64,000 nt of DNA from positions 22,983-86,982 of the forward strand of contig JALUXX010000016.1 in the NCBI GenBank assembly GCA_027013145.1, read 5' to 3'. Positions 20,061 through 30,268 of the stretch are shown piece by piece. The notes beneath the pieces are model-generated. The model was not told where the DNA came from. It ran no database searches and saw only the letters and a program-made list of their open reading frames with translations. Position numbers and translations under genes: made by a program. Origin of the DNA: Gammaproteobacteria bacterium (lineage in GTDB: Bacteria > Pseudomonadota > Gammaproteobacteria > 21-64-14). Position 1 is the first letter of the stretch. Every line of letters begins with the position of its first letter.

Positions 20061-21275
20061 ATGTCGTTGGTTGCGATGCGGGATCTGCTGGAACACGCCT
20101 ACCGGCACAACTACGCCGTGGGGGCCTTCGATCTATGCGGCCTGGAGTTCCTCGACGGCGTGATCGCCGCGGCCGAGCGTTGTCGTGCGCCGGTGATCCT
20201 CAATCTCGACCAGCCGCGGTGTGGCGCTTCCGATTTCGATCGCTTGCTGCCCGCCGCGGAGGCGGCGGCCCGGCAGGCCGTCGTTCCGGTCGCGATCCAT
20301 CTGGATCGCGGGGCGGACATCGAGGCTGCCGTGCATGCCGTCAACCGCGGCTGCAACGGCGTGATGGTCGACGCTTCGGATCGCGAGCTGGGAGATAACA
20401 TCCGGATCACCCGGGAAGTCGTGTCCATGGCGCAGGGATGCGGCGTTGCGGTCGAGGGCAAACTCGGCGGTGTCGATGGTGTCGACGGCGCCGGCGAAGT
20501 CGTCTATACCGGCGTCGCCGAGGCGCGCGCCTATGTCGAGCGTACCGGAGTGGATTTTCTGGCGGTGTCGATCGGTGCCGATACCGGGCGCTCCCGCAGC
20601 AGGCCCCGCCTCAACTGGCAGCGGCTCAAGCAGATCAACGAGACTCTCCGCATCCCCCTGGTCATCCACGGTGGGGACGGAATCTCCGACGACCAGTTTC
20701 GCCGGCTGATCGCCAACGGCGTGGCCAAGATCCACCACCCGACCGTACTCGTCGACGCCGCCGGAGAGCGGCTGCGCGCGGGCGCGAGGAAGGGTGCCGG
20801 GGCGGACTACCGTGCGGTGATGCGCGAGGTCCGCAAGGGCGTGGAGCAGGAGGCCGAGTGTTACATGCGGTTGTGGGGGGGCGCGGGACGCGCCGCCGAA
20901 GTTCTGGAGCAATGCCGCGGTTGGGAGCCCGTCGAACACGCGGTCTTCCACGGTCGCGATGGGCTCGGCGAAGAGGAGGTCGCGGTGGTGATCGAGGAGG
21001 GCCGGCGTGCGTTCAGCGCCATCCCGGGCGTGCGCGCGGTGCGTACCGGAGAGGTGGTGCAGACCGACCGGCGCTTCGGTTGGCTGTTGAGCGTCTGCCA
21101 CCCGGCGGTCATCGGCGCCTATCGTGAACATCCGTCTTATGTCGCGTTCGCGCGCACGCGCGCGGAGCGCCTCTCCAGTCTTCCGTCGGTGGCGGACGAT
21201 GCCGCTCCCCACCGCCCGCGGCCGGCCGCGCGGGCGCAGGAGGCGGCGTCCGTCGCCTGGTCGCGCGGGCGCTGA
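20061..21275 (+). CDS. Class II fructose/ketose-bisphosphate aldolase (CbbA-like) fused to a C-terminal Dabb (stress-responsive alpha+beta barrel) domain
   Basis: N-terminal ~290 aa match the class II aldolase pattern (MSLVAMRDLLEHAYRHNYAVGAFD, VAIHLDRG, IHGGDGISDDQF). C-terminal ~100 aa match Dabb (EHAVFHGRDGLGEEEVAVVIEEGRRAFSAIPGV...HPAVIGAYREHPSYVAFA). One uninterrupted ORF. Confidence 0.75.
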   Translation: MSLVAMRDLLEHAYRHNYAVGAFDLCGLEFLDGVIAAAERCRAPVILNLDQPRCGASDFDRLLPAAEAAARQAVVPVAIHLDRGADIEAAVHAVNRGCNGVMVDASDRELGDNIRITREVVSMAQGCGVAVEGKLGGVDGVDGAGEVVYTGVAEARAYVERTGVDFLAVSIGADTGRSRSRPRLNWQRLKQINETLRIPLVIHGGDGISDDQFRRLIANGVAKIHHPTVLVDAAGERLRAGARKGAGADYRAVMREVRKGVEQEAECYMRLWGGAGRAAEVLEQCRGWEPVEHAVFHGRDGLGEEEVAVVIEEGRRAFSAIPGVRAVRTGEVVQTDRRFGWLLSVCHPAVIGAYREHPSYVAFARTRAERLSSLPSVADDAAPHRPRPAARAQEAASVAWSRGR

Positions 21276-21530
21276 TTTTCGCCCGCCGGTGCCGCGGCGC
21301 CGGGAGGGCCGCTCGACAGGGCCGGCCCGGCACGGGCCGGCGTCTGCGATGCCTCCGGCGCCCGCTTCAGGCCCGGGTGTCCGCGCGGGCGGGGAGGGCA
21401 TTGCGCGCCCATCCGCGCAATCCGGTGCTAGAATTGCGCCCCAAGCTCATCGATCGGTAACGCCTGCCGGCCCGTCGCGCAGCGCTGCGAGGCCGGCGGC
21501 GCCCGCGGGCGTTTTCGGGGGAGACTGACC

Positions 21531-22028
21531 ATGACCGCGCTGGTCGGCATCATCATGGGATCCGACTCGGACTGGGAGACGATGGGTCACGCGGCCCGGA
21601 CCCTGCAGCGGCTGGAGATCCCGCACGAGGTCGAGATCGTATCGGCCCACCGCACCCCCGACCGTCTGTTCGAATACGCCGAGTCCGCCCAGGGGCGCGG
21701 GCTCGAGGTCATCATCGCCGGTGCCGGGGGCGCGGCGCACCTGCCCGGGATGACGGCGGCGAAGACGCCGCTGCCGGTGCTGGGCGTCCCGGTACAGTCG
21801 CGCGCGCTGAACGGACTGGATTCCCTGCTGTCCATCGTCCAGATGCCCGCGGGCGTGCCCGTCGGGACGCTCGCGATCGGGGCCGCGGGGGCGACCAACG
21901 CGGCGCTGCTCGCCGCGGCGATCCTCGGGAACAAATATCCGGAATACCGCCGGGCGCTGATCGAGTTTCGGGAGCGGCAGACGCAGGCGGTACTGGAGAA
22001 GCCCAGACCCCGGGATCCCGCGGCGTGA
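21531..22028 (+). CDS. purE: N5-carboxyaminoimidazole ribonucleotide mutase
   Basis: 165 aa with a canonical PurE sequence ([35 protein letters not shown]). Confidence 0.9.
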   Translation: MTALVGIIMGSDSDWETMGHAARTLQRLEIPHEVEIVSAHRTPDRLFEYAESAQGRGLEVIIAGAGGAAHLPGMTAAKTPLPVLGVPVQSRALNGLDSLLSIVQMPAGVPVGTLAIGAAGATNAALLAAAILGNKYPEYRRALIEFRERQTQAVLEKPRPRDPAA

Positions 22029-23107
22029 TCGTAGGTGTACTCGGGGCGGGCCAGCTCGCACGGATGCTGGCGCTGGCCGGGCGCCCGCTAGGTCTCGACT
22101 TCGCATTCCTCTCTCCGGATCCCGACAGTTGCGCGGCCGCCCTGGGGCGACATATCTGCGCGGATTTCGACGACGAAGCGGCCCTCGCGCGCCTCGCCGC
22201 GGACGCCGCGGTGGTGACCTATGAGTTCGAGAATGCGCCGCTCGCGGGCGCGCGCCGCCTCGGCGAGCGCGTAACGCTTCTTCCCCCCGCACCGGCCCTG
22301 GCGGCGGCGCAGGACCGGCTGGAGGAGAAGCGACTGTTCCGGGCGCTGGGGGTCGAAACCCCGACCTTCGTCCCCGTCGACGATCCCGCCCGGTTGGCCG
22401 ATGCGGCCGGGCGCACGGGCTATCCGGCGGTCCTCAAGACGCGGCGTATGGGCTACGACGGCAAGGGGCAGGCGATCGTTCGCGACGAGGCGGATCTCGA
22501 GCCCGCCTGGACGCGCCTGGGCGGAGCGCCCTCGATACTGGAGGCGTTCGTTCCCTACGAGCGCGAGGTCTCGATCGTCGCGGTGCGTGCCCGTGACGGG
22601 CGGACGGCCTTCTACCCGCTCTGCGAGAACACTCACCGGGACGGAATCCTGCGCCTTTCGGTCGCTCGACCGGACGACCCGATGGAGGCCGCGGCGCAGG
22701 CCGGCGCCCGCCGCCTGCTCGAGGCCCTCGATTACGTCGGCGTGCTGGCCCTGGAATTCTTCCAGGTCGGCGGCCGCCTTCTGGCGAACGAGTTCGCCCC
22801 GCGGGTGCACAACTCCGGTCACTGGACCATCGAGGGCGCCGAGTGCAGCCAGTTCGAGAATCACCTGCGCGCGATCATGGGCTGGCCCCTCGGTGCCACC
22901 GATCCGATCGGATGGGCGGCGATGGTGAACTTCATCGGCACGCTTCCCGCAGCCGCCGAGGTGCTGGCGCTCCCGCACGTGCACTTCCACGACTATGGAA
23001 AGGCCCCGCGGCCCGGGCGCAAGCTCGGCCACGCCACGGTCCGCGCGGACAGCGCCGAAGACGTCGCACGAATCGTACCGGAGCTGCTCAGGCTCGCCTC
23101 GTCGTGA
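22025..23107 (+). CDS. purK: N5-carboxyaminoimidazole ribonucleotide synthetase
   Basis: ATP-grasp enzyme of the PurK family ([31 protein letters not shown]). GTG start overlapping the purE stop. Confidence 0.85.
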   Translation: MIVGVLGAGQLARMLALAGRPLGLDFAFLSPDPDSCAAALGRHICADFDDEAALARLAADAAVVTYEFENAPLAGARRLGERVTLLPPAPALAAAQDRLEEKRLFRALGVETPTFVPVDDPARLADAAGRTGYPAVLKTRRMGYDGKGQAIVRDEADLEPAWTRLGGAPSILEAFVPYEREVSIVAVRARDGRTAFYPLCENTHRDGILRLSVARPDDPMEAAAQAGARRLLEALDYVGVLALEFFQVGGRLLANEFAPRVHNSGHWTIEGAECSQFENHLRAIMGWPLGATDPIGWAAMVNFIGTLPAAAEVLALPHVHFHDYGKAPRPGRKLGHATVRADSAEDVARIVPELLRLASS

Positions 23108-23943
23108 GCGCTCGCACCGCGGCGCGCCCCGCGTCCTCGGGCCGCGCGGCGTCTTGCGCCTGGAATCCAATTCAAAATCCGTCTGCGCCGCCCCGTACGG
23201 TGTTGCGGATCCTGTCGCGAGGCTCGATGGTCGAACGTGAACCGCGCGTCTCGCAGGCCCCGCGCCTCGCCTGCCCCCCGCTAACAACCTTGTGACGGGG
23301 TCCGGGCCTTTCGGCATCTGGACTTATGGGGGGCGGCTTCGGGCTGTCGGCTTGCGAGGTCGTGTCATATAAGGTAGGGTAGCTGCCGGAGCCGTTTACG
23401 GCCGCGGCGGCGAGCGTGTCGCGTGGGCCGCCGGGCGGTCAAGCCCCGCAGGCGAATCAGACGCGGGAGTGTTTGATTCGTCGAGTTGGAAAGTCCGTCC
23501 CGGACCTTTCAACGAGCGGTTGGACGGCTCCGTCGCAACGGGGGTGGACACCAACGGTGCCCCCTCATCAAATGCGGCCCGCACGGGCCGCCCGTAGTGG
23601 GTAGCCTGGCCGGGTTATCGTGTCGCGCTTGCGGCGGTCGGCAATCCGACGAGGGCGCCGATACCCGGCGTCGCGCGCGATGGCCGTTCTTCCCGGACGG
23701 CCGTGCGTCCCCGAGGCCGGGGTCGCGGGGCACGAATCGCCAAGTCGGGCTTCGAGCGGTGGCGACACCGGTTCGTGGGGGGGCGGCGCCCGGGAGCCCG
23801 TCTCCCGCCGATATCGCAACGCAGGCCGGACGCCGACCTTTTATCCCTCTGGGACCGTGCGGTCGCGCGCGCCGGGAAAAATTCGATGCCGCCGGGATCC
23901 CGATCGCCGGGCGCGCCGGCACGTCCGCCTTGGAGGGTATGCA

Positions 23944-24756
23944 ATGAGCGCACAGGCATTTGGAGAAAATCCGCTGAAGGTTCGCGCGACGGACCACTAC
24001 CATGAGGAGTATGTCCACTCGTTCGTTCAAAAGTGGGACCAGTTGATCGACTGGGATGCCCGCGCCAACAGCGAGGGCGGCTTTTTCATCGAGGCCCTCA
24101 GACGACACGGAGCAACGAAGGTGCTCGACGTCGCGACGGGAACCGGCTTCCATTCCGTGCGGTTGTTGCGCGCGGGTTTCGAGGTGACCAGCGTCGACGG
24201 CAGCGCGGAGATGCTCGCCAAGGCGTTCGAGAACGGCAGGCGCAACGGCCAGATTCTGAAAATCGTACATGCGGACTGGCGCTGGTTGAACCGCGACGTG
24301 CACGGCAAGTTCGACGCCGTGATCTGTCTCGGAAACTCCTTCACCCATCTCTTCTCCGAACGCGATCGTCGAAAGGCGCTTGCGGAGTTCTATGCGGCGC
24401 TGCGCCACGACGGAATCCTGATCCTCGACCAACGGAACTATGATGCGATCCTGTCCGAGGACTACCAAAATCGGCATACGTATTATTACTGCGGAGAAAA
24501 CGTGCGTGCGGAGCCGGAGCACGTCGATCCCGGTCTGGCCCGGTTTCGGTACGAGTTTCCGGACGGATCCGTGTTCCACCTGAACATGTTTCCGCTGCGG
24601 AAGGACTACGTCCGCGGGCTCATGCAGGACGTCGGGTTCCAGAACATCGAAACCTACGGGGACTTCCAGGAGACGCATCGCAGCGACGTTCCGGATTTCT
24701 TCATACACGTCGCGTCGAAGCGCTATGAGCACCCTGCATCGGAGGACTCGGAATGA
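23944..24756 (+). CDS. gsmt: Glycine/sarcosine N-methyltransferase (first step of betaine synthesis by glycine methylation)
   Basis: Very close match to halophile GSMT sequences (ENPLKVRATDHYHEEYVHSFVQKWDQLIDWDARA, VLDVATGTGFHSVRLLRAGFEVTSVDGSAEML, CLGNSFTHLF). Confidence 0.85.
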   Translation: MSAQAFGENPLKVRATDHYHEEYVHSFVQKWDQLIDWDARANSEGGFFIEALRRHGATKVLDVATGTGFHSVRLLRAGFEVTSVDGSAEMLAKAFENGRRNGQILKIVHADWRWLNRDVHGKFDAVICLGNSFTHLFSERDRRKALAEFYAALRHDGILILDQRNYDAILSEDYQNRHTYYYCGENVRAEPEHVDPGLARFRYEFPDGSVFHLNMFPLRKDYVRGLMQDVGFQNIETYGDFQETHRSDVPDFFIHVASKRYEHPASEDSE

Positions 24757-25598
24757 CGGGGGAAGCGGATGCGGCGCGCGTGACGCAGGACTACTACGAC
24801 AGTGCGGATGCCGACACGTTCTATGAGAGGATCTGGGGCGGGGAGGATATCCACATCGGGATCTACGAGTCGGAGGAGGAGCCGATCCGCGCTGCGAGCC
24901 GGAGAACCGTCGAACGGATGGCGGAGTTGGTGGCCGATCTCCCGCCGGGCACGCGCGTACTCGATCTGGGATCGGGCTACGGCGGGGCTGCGCGTTTTCT
25001 GGCCGAGAACCGTGGTTTCCAGGTCGAGTGCCTGAACATCAGCGAGCGTCAGAACCGGCGCAACCGGCGTCTGAATGCGGAGCGCGGCCTGGACGGGCGG
25101 GTCCGCGTCACGGACGGTGACTTCGAGAACGTGCCGTTTCCCGACGCGCAGTTCGATCTTGTCTGGTCGCAGGATGCCATCCTGCACAGCGGGAACAAGG
25201 ACAAGGTGTTCGCGGAGATCGCGCGCGTGTTGCGCCCCGGCGGCACGCTGCTATTTACGGATCCGATGCAGAGCGACGAGTGTCCCGATGGAGTTCTGAC
25301 CCCGATCCTCGAACGGATCCATCTGCGCGCGCTCGGCTCCCCGGGGCTCTATCGGGAACTGGCGTCTGGCGTGCGTCTGGATGAGGTCGCCTTCGCCGAT
25401 TATAGTCCCCACCTGCCGACGCATTACCGCCGGGTGGGGGAGGAACTGGGCCGACGGGGGGCGGACCTGGCCGGCGAGGTGTCCGGCGAGTACATGGAGC
25501 GGATGTTGCGCGGCCTCGGGCACTGGGTGGAGGGCGGTGCCGCCGGGCACCTATGTTGGGGGATATTCCGGTTCCGCAAGGCGGCCGGCCCCGACTGA
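24753..25598 (+). CDS. sdmt: Sarcosine/dimethylglycine N-methyltransferase
   Basis: SAM-methyltransferase fold (VLDLGSGYGGAARFLAE) with SDMT-like N- and C-terminal regions. Start overlaps the gsmt stop. Confidence 0.8.
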   Translation: MTGEADAARVTQDYYDSADADTFYERIWGGEDIHIGIYESEEEPIRAASRRTVERMAELVADLPPGTRVLDLGSGYGGAARFLAENRGFQVECLNISERQNRRNRRLNAERGLDGRVRVTDGDFENVPFPDAQFDLVWSQDAILHSGNKDKVFAEIARVLRPGGTLLFTDPMQSDECPDGVLTPILERIHLRALGSPGLYRELASGVRLDEVAFADYSPHLPTHYRRVGEELGRRGADLAGEVSGEYMERMLRGLGHWVEGGAAGHLCWGIFRFRKAAGPD

Positions 25599-25613
25599 CG
25601 CGCGTGTCGGAAG

Positions 25614-26522
25614 TCAGGGGCGGGGCGCGGGCCGGGGCGTCTGCGCGCCGGGCGCAGATTCCCCCAGCCAGCGGTCGACGAGTGCCGGATGGTCGGCGAG
25701 CCAGCGCCGGGCGGCGACCGCGGGGCGCGTGCCGGCGCGGATATCGAGCATGACGGCGTTCATGTCCGCGCTCGTCCAGTAGAAGCGCTTGAGAAACAGC
25801 AATACCGGCATCGCCTTGTGCGGGAGGCGGCGCGATACGACCGTGCCGATATAGCCCCCTTTTCCGTAGACGTCCTTGGGGTCCTTCAGGTACTTCAGTT
25901 TCCACTTCGCCCACATCCAGTGCGGGGTCCAGCCGGTGACGACGATCCAGCGATGGTGGCGTTCGGCGCGCGCCAGCATGGCCGTCATCGCCGCGCCGGA
26001 ACTCTGTATCAGTCGGAAGTGCAGCCCGTAGCGCCGGATGGCCTCCTGGGTCTTCATCATGATGCCGGCTCCGGGATCGATGCCGATGATCCTGCCGCGA
26101 AAGCGGTTGCGGTACGCTGCAAGCTGCCCGATCGAGTCGATCGGCACGTAATCGGGTACGACGAGGCCGATACGGGTGCCGATCAGATTGGGGCCGAGGT
26201 CGATGACGTCGGGCCACAGCTTCTCGTAATAGGCACGGTGCGTATTGGGCAGCCACGCCGAGACGATTGCGTCGAGACGCCCGCGCGCGACGCCTTCCCA
26301 CATCGGACCCGCATCCAGGGACAGGAGCTTCACGGGATAGCCCAGACCGTCGTGGATCACTGCGGCGACGACGTTGGCCGACGCAACGTTGGACGACCAG
26401 CTCTGTACATAGCCGATGCGGATGACCGGCTTGGACGCGGCGGCCGCTGCGATCGCCGCTGCGGGCAGCGCCGCGATCAACGTCAACAGAGCGATGAGGA
26501 CCGTTCGAACGCGTTGATACAT
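25614..26522 (-). CDS. Glycine betaine/proline ABC transporter substrate-binding protein (ProX/OpuAC family)
   Basis: Signal peptide plus periplasmic binding-protein fold of the ProX/OpuAC type. Operon with ProW/ProV-like genes. Confidence 0.75.
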   Translation of the reverse strand: MYQRVRTVLIALLTLIAALPAAAIAAAAASKPVIRIGYVQSWSSNVASANVVAAVIHDGLGYPVKLLSLDAGPMWEGVARGRLDAIVSAWLPNTHRAYYEKLWPDVIDLGPNLIGTRIGLVVPDYVPIDSIGQLAAYRNRFRGRIIGIDPGAGIMMKTQEAIRRYGLHFRLIQSSGAAMTAMLARAERHHRWIVVTGWTPHWMWAKWKLKYLKDPKDVYGKGGYIGTVVSRRLPHKAMPVLLFLKRFYWTSADMNAVMLDIRAGTRPAVAARRWLADHPALVDRWLGESAPGAQTPRPAPRP

Positions 26523-26525
26523 CGA

Positions 26526-27371
26526 TTACCTCCGTCGTTTGCCGTGTCCCAGACCCTGCGTGATGCGGTCGAGTACGATCGCCACGATCACGACCGCCAG
26601 CCCGGCCTCGAACCCGGCCCCGATCTCCAGACGGGTGATCCCTTCGAGCACGTTCTTTCCGAGCCCGCCGGCGCCGATCATGGCGGCGATCACAACCATG
26701 GAAAGCGCCAGCATGATGGACTGGTTCAGTCCCGCAAGGATCGTCGGCATGGCCATGGGGATGCGCACCTTCCACAAGGTCTGCGCAGGGGTCGCGCCGA
26801 AGGCCTCGGCCGCCTCGATCAGATCGTGCGGAACCTGCCGGATCCCGAGGCTGGTGAGGCGGATCAGCGGAGGGATGGCGAAAATGAACGTGGCGATGAC
26901 GCCGGGGACCAGGCCCAACCCGAACAACATGACCGCCGGGATCAGGTAGACGAAAGCCGGCATCGTCTGCATGAGATCGAGCAACGGGCGCAACGTGCGC
27001 TCCGCGCGACGGCTGACGGCCGACAGGATCCCCAGTGGAAAGCCGATCGCGAACACGATCAGCTCCGCGCACAACACCAGGGCGAGCGTGACCATGGTCG
27101 GACCCCAGAGGCCCATGTTCGCGATCAGCGCGAGGCCGGCGAGCGCGAAGATGCCGGCCCGTGTCCCGGCGCTCCACCAGGTGAGCAGCGCGAGCACCAG
27201 GATCGCCACGGGTACGGGCACGGCCGCGAGGCCGTGCTGGAGGGCGGAGATGACGATATACAGGCCCGAGCTGACATGGTGGAAGGCGCCGTCGTAGCGG
27301 TCGAGGAGGAAGTTGACGGCCTCCTCCGACCACCTGCCGACCGGGATCCTGAAGGCGGAGAGGCCCGTCAT
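26526..27371 (-). CDS. Glycine betaine ABC transporter permease (ProW/OpuAB family)
   Basis: Six-TM permease with an EAA-like loop (EAAEAFGATPAQTLWKVRIPMAMPTIL). Confidence 0.8.
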   Translation of the reverse strand: MTGLSAFRIPVGRWSEEAVNFLLDRYDGAFHHVSSGLYIVISALQHGLAAVPVPVAILVLALLTWWSAGTRAGIFALAGLALIANMGLWGPTMVTLALVLCAELIVFAIGFPLGILSAVSRRAERTLRPLLDLMQTMPAFVYLIPAVMLFGLGLVPGVIATFIFAIPPLIRLTSLGIRQVPHDLIEAAEAFGATPAQTLWKVRIPMAMPTILAGLNQSIMLALSMVVIAAMIGAGGLGKNVLEGITRLEIGAGFEAGLAVVIVAIVLDRITQGLGHGKRRR

Positions 27372-28618
27372 GCGGTCGTCTCCGGTCCGTCGGCGGTTGC
27401 GTCCGCGCCTTTGCCGTCGCCGACCAGGGTCGCACCGCGGTGCGCCAGTCCCGCAAGCAGCGCCTGTCGCGAGATGATCCCGCGGACCGGGCCGCCGCCG
27501 GATTCGCGTACCGCGATCGGCGCGGCGTCCGCGGCGGCGAGCACGATGACCTCGGCGAGCGGGGTGTCCGCAGGGACGGTGCGCACCGGTTGCAGAACCG
27601 CGTCGCCGATCGGGGCGTCGGCGCCCGCCAGCCGCGCCAGTTCATCGGCGGTCACCAGGCCGTGGGGCGCACCCCCGGGGTCCACGACGCAGGCGCACGT
27701 CAGCCCCGCCTCCCGCAGCCGGTCGAGCACGGATGCGGGCCGGGCGGCCGCGCCCGCGACCCCGTGGGAGACCGCGACGACCCCGGCGGTGAGCGCACGG
27801 GCCGGGTCCACGCCGCTGACGAATCGGGCGACGTAGTCGTCCGCAGGCGACGCTACGATCTGCGCAGGGGTTCCGACCTGCACCAGGCGGCCGTCGCGCA
27901 GGATCGCAATCCGGTCGCCGAGTCTGAGTGCCTCATCGAGGTCGTGCGTGACGAATACGATCGTTTTGCGCAGGCGTGCCTGTAGCGCGAGAAGTTCCCG
28001 TTGCAGGTCGGCGCGGATGAGCGGGTCGAGCGCGCTGAAGGCCTCGTCCATCAGCAGAATGTCGGGTGAGACGGCCAACGCCCGCGCCAGGCCCACGCGC
28101 TGGCGCATCCCGCCGGAGAGCTCGTCGGGCCGCCGCGTCTCCCAGCCCCGCAGTCCGACCAGTTCCAGTGCCTCTGCGGCACGCGCACGCCGTTCGGCGC
28201 GTGGTGTTCCCTGTATTTCGAGCCCGAACTCGACGTTCCCGCGTACGGTACGGTGCGGCAACAGTGCGAAGTGCTGGAAGACCATCCCGAAACGGCTGCG
28301 GCGCAGCGCGAGCAGTTCGCGCCGGGGGAGGGAGGCGAGGTCCCGGCCGGCGATCAGTACGCGCCCCGCGGTGGGTCGATGCAGGCCGTTGAGGAGGCGC
28401 AACAGGGTGGACTTCCCGCTGCCCGACAGGCCCATGACCACGAAGACCTCCCCGCGGCGGATCTCCAGGCTTAGATCGTCGAGGGCGAGCACCCACCCGT
28501 GTTCCCGGCGCAGGGCGTCCCGATCGGCGCCGGCGCGCAGGCGTTCGAGCGCCCGCTCCGGCCGCGGGCCGAAGACCTTGGATACGGACGAGACCTGGAT
28601 TTCCGGGGTTTCATGCAC
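27368..28618 (-). CDS. Glycine betaine ABC transporter ATP-binding protein with tandem C-terminal CBS domains (ProV/OpuAA family)
   Basis: Walker A (GLSGSGKST), ABC signature (LSGGMRQRVGLARA), Walker B (LLMDEAFSALD), then a CBS pair. The likely start is an internal GTG near 28618; the ORF is open to 28711. Confidence 0.75.
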   Translation of the reverse strand: MHETPEIQVSSVSKVFGPRPERALERLRAGADRDALRREHGWVLALDDLSLEIRRGEVFVVMGLSGSGKSTLLRLLNGLHRPTAGRVLIAGRDLASLPRRELLALRRSRFGMVFQHFALLPHRTVRGNVEFGLEIQGTPRAERRARAAEALELVGLRGWETRRPDELSGGMRQRVGLARALAVSPDILLMDEAFSALDPLIRADLQRELLALQARLRKTIVFVTHDLDEALRLGDRIAILRDGRLVQVGTPAQIVASPADDYVARFVSGVDPARALTAGVVAVSHGVAGAAARPASVLDRLREAGLTCACVVDPGGAPHGLVTADELARLAGADAPIGDAVLQPVRTVPADTPLAEVIVLAAADAAPIAVRESGGGPVRGIISRQALLAGLAHRGATLVGDGKGADATADGPETTA

Positions 28619-28792
28619 GATGCGGCATTCAGGGAGGCGGTCGGGGACAAACGATGGAGGTCGCCCACTATAGAGGCCCCACCGGGCCGCCGCAACCCGG
28701 TGGCGGTGCATTCGGCGCCGCGGCCGGGTGCGGGTCTGCTAGACTGAACGGGTGGCGGTTTACACCCCGCCTCGCGGTGTGAGGGCCGAGCC

Positions 28793-30268
28793 ATGCCGGT
28801 CGCGGACGGGACGGGGATGCCCGAGGGGATCCCGGACGAGTTCCTGGGCGGGATCCCCGCGGCATCGGAGATGGATACGTGGCGCCGGTGGTGGGAGGCG
28901 CGCGGCGCGGAGCTGTCGGCGGCGGTGGACCGGGCGGGTACGCCGTGGCTGCGGATGTACGATCGCACGGGTGCGCGCGTCGACACGGTGTGCATGCCCG
29001 GCGGCTATCGGGAACTGTTGCAGCGCGGATACGCGGCCGGCATCATCTCCCGGGTCTTCGAGCACGACTCCCTGCTGCCCTTCTACCGCCTCGGCTATCT
29101 CGTCGCCTACCACGATCCGGGCTTGTACTGCCCATACACGGTATCGCTCGCCACCGCCGTGGCGCTCCACAAGTACGCGTCCGACGAGGTACGCGAGCGC
29201 TTTCTGCCGCCGATGCTGCGTACCGACGAAGAGGTGTGGCAGGGCGCGACCTGGATGACGGAGATCCGCGGCGGCTCGGACCTCGGCTCCAACGTCGATA
29301 CCACGGCGTTCGCCGACGGCGCACGCTGGCGGCTGCGCGGAGAGAAATACTTCGCGAGCAACGTCGGCGCGGAGCTCGCCGTCGTCGCCGCGCGCCCCGA
29401 AGGCGCGCCCGACGGCGTGCGCGGACTTGCCCTGTACCTGGTCCCGCGCGAGCGCGCGGACGGCACGCGCAACTACCGGATTCGCAGGCTCAAGGACAAG
29501 ATCGCCACGCGTTCGGTGCCCACCGGCGAGGTCGAGCTGTGCGACAGCGAGGGCTGGCTGCTCGGGGCGGCGGAGCAGGGTGTGTACCTGATCCTCGAGG
29601 TGCTCAACCTCTCGCGCGTGGCCAACGCCGTCGCGAGCGCGGCCTTGGCGCAGCGCGCGCTCGATGAGGCGCGAGCGTTCGCCGCGCAGCGCGTGGCCTT
29701 CGGCCTCCCGGTCCTCGAACAACCCCTGCTGCGCGCGCAGTTCGCCGCCCGCCGCGACGGCCTCGCCGGCGCCGTCGCCCTCGCCTGCGCCGCGGCGCGC
29801 GAACTCGACGCCGTGTGGCGCCTGCGCCCACCCTACGATGCGCGCTACCACCGCTTCCGCCTGCTCGCCCATCTCGCCAAGTACTGGACCGCCGAGTTTG
29901 CCGCACAGACCGCGAAGTGGGCCATGGAGGTCCACGGCGGCCTCGGCGTGCTCGCCGAGTACCCGGTGGAGCGCGGGTTTCGGGAGGCGATGATCCTGTC
30001 GATCTGGGAGGGTACGGCGCACCGCCAGATCCTCGACGGCCTCGAGGTGATGCAACGCCGGCAGGCGCACCGCGCGCTTCTGGAGTGGCTCGCACCGTGG
30101 GGCGACGCGGTCGCCGCCGGGGATCTGCGCGCGCGGCTCGACGCGCACCTCGCGCTGCCCGAGGCGCGGCGCGAGGCGGAGGCGGAGGCCGTGTTCGCCG
30201 AGCTGGCGCGTTTCACGGCGGATGCACTGCGCGCGGCCGGTCCCGGAGCCGCGGCGGGGCCGGCATGA
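28793..30268 (+). CDS. Acyl-CoA dehydrogenase family protein (AidB-like)
   Basis: 491 aa with ACAD-like middle and C-terminal domains (TEIRGGSDLGS, YFASNVGAELAVV). The precise start is uncertain. Confidence 0.65.
   Translation: MPVADGTGMPEGIPDEFLGGIPAASEMDTWRRWWEARGAELSAAVDRAGTPWLRMYDRTGARVDTVCMPGGYRELLQRGYAAGIISRVFEHDSLLPFYRLGYLVAYHDPGLYCPYTVSLATAVALHKYASDEVRERFLPPMLRTDEEVWQGATWMTEIRGGSDLGSNVDTTAFADGARWRLRGEKYFASNVGAELAVVAARPEGAPDGVRGLALYLVPRERADGTRNYRIRRLKDKIATRSVPTGEVELCDSEGWLLGAAEQGVYLILEVLNLSRVANAVASAALAQRALDEARAFAAQRVAFGLPVLEQPLLRAQFAARRDGLAGAVALACAAARELDAVWRLRPPYDARYHRFRLLAHLAKYWTAEFAAQTAKWAMEVHGGLGVLAEYPVERGFREAMILSIWEGTAHRQILDGLEVMQRRQAHRALLEWLAPWGDAVAAGDLRARLDAHLALPEARREAEAEAVFAELARFTADALRAAGPGAAAGPA

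Noticed and set aside
23300-23700. RNase P RNA or other known structured ncRNA in the gsmt leader, suggested by a GGAAAGTCCG-like stretch
   Set aside because: Only a short resemblance to the RNase P P4 region. The surrounding sequence lacks the other universally conserved RNase P elements. It is treated merely as part of a long leader.
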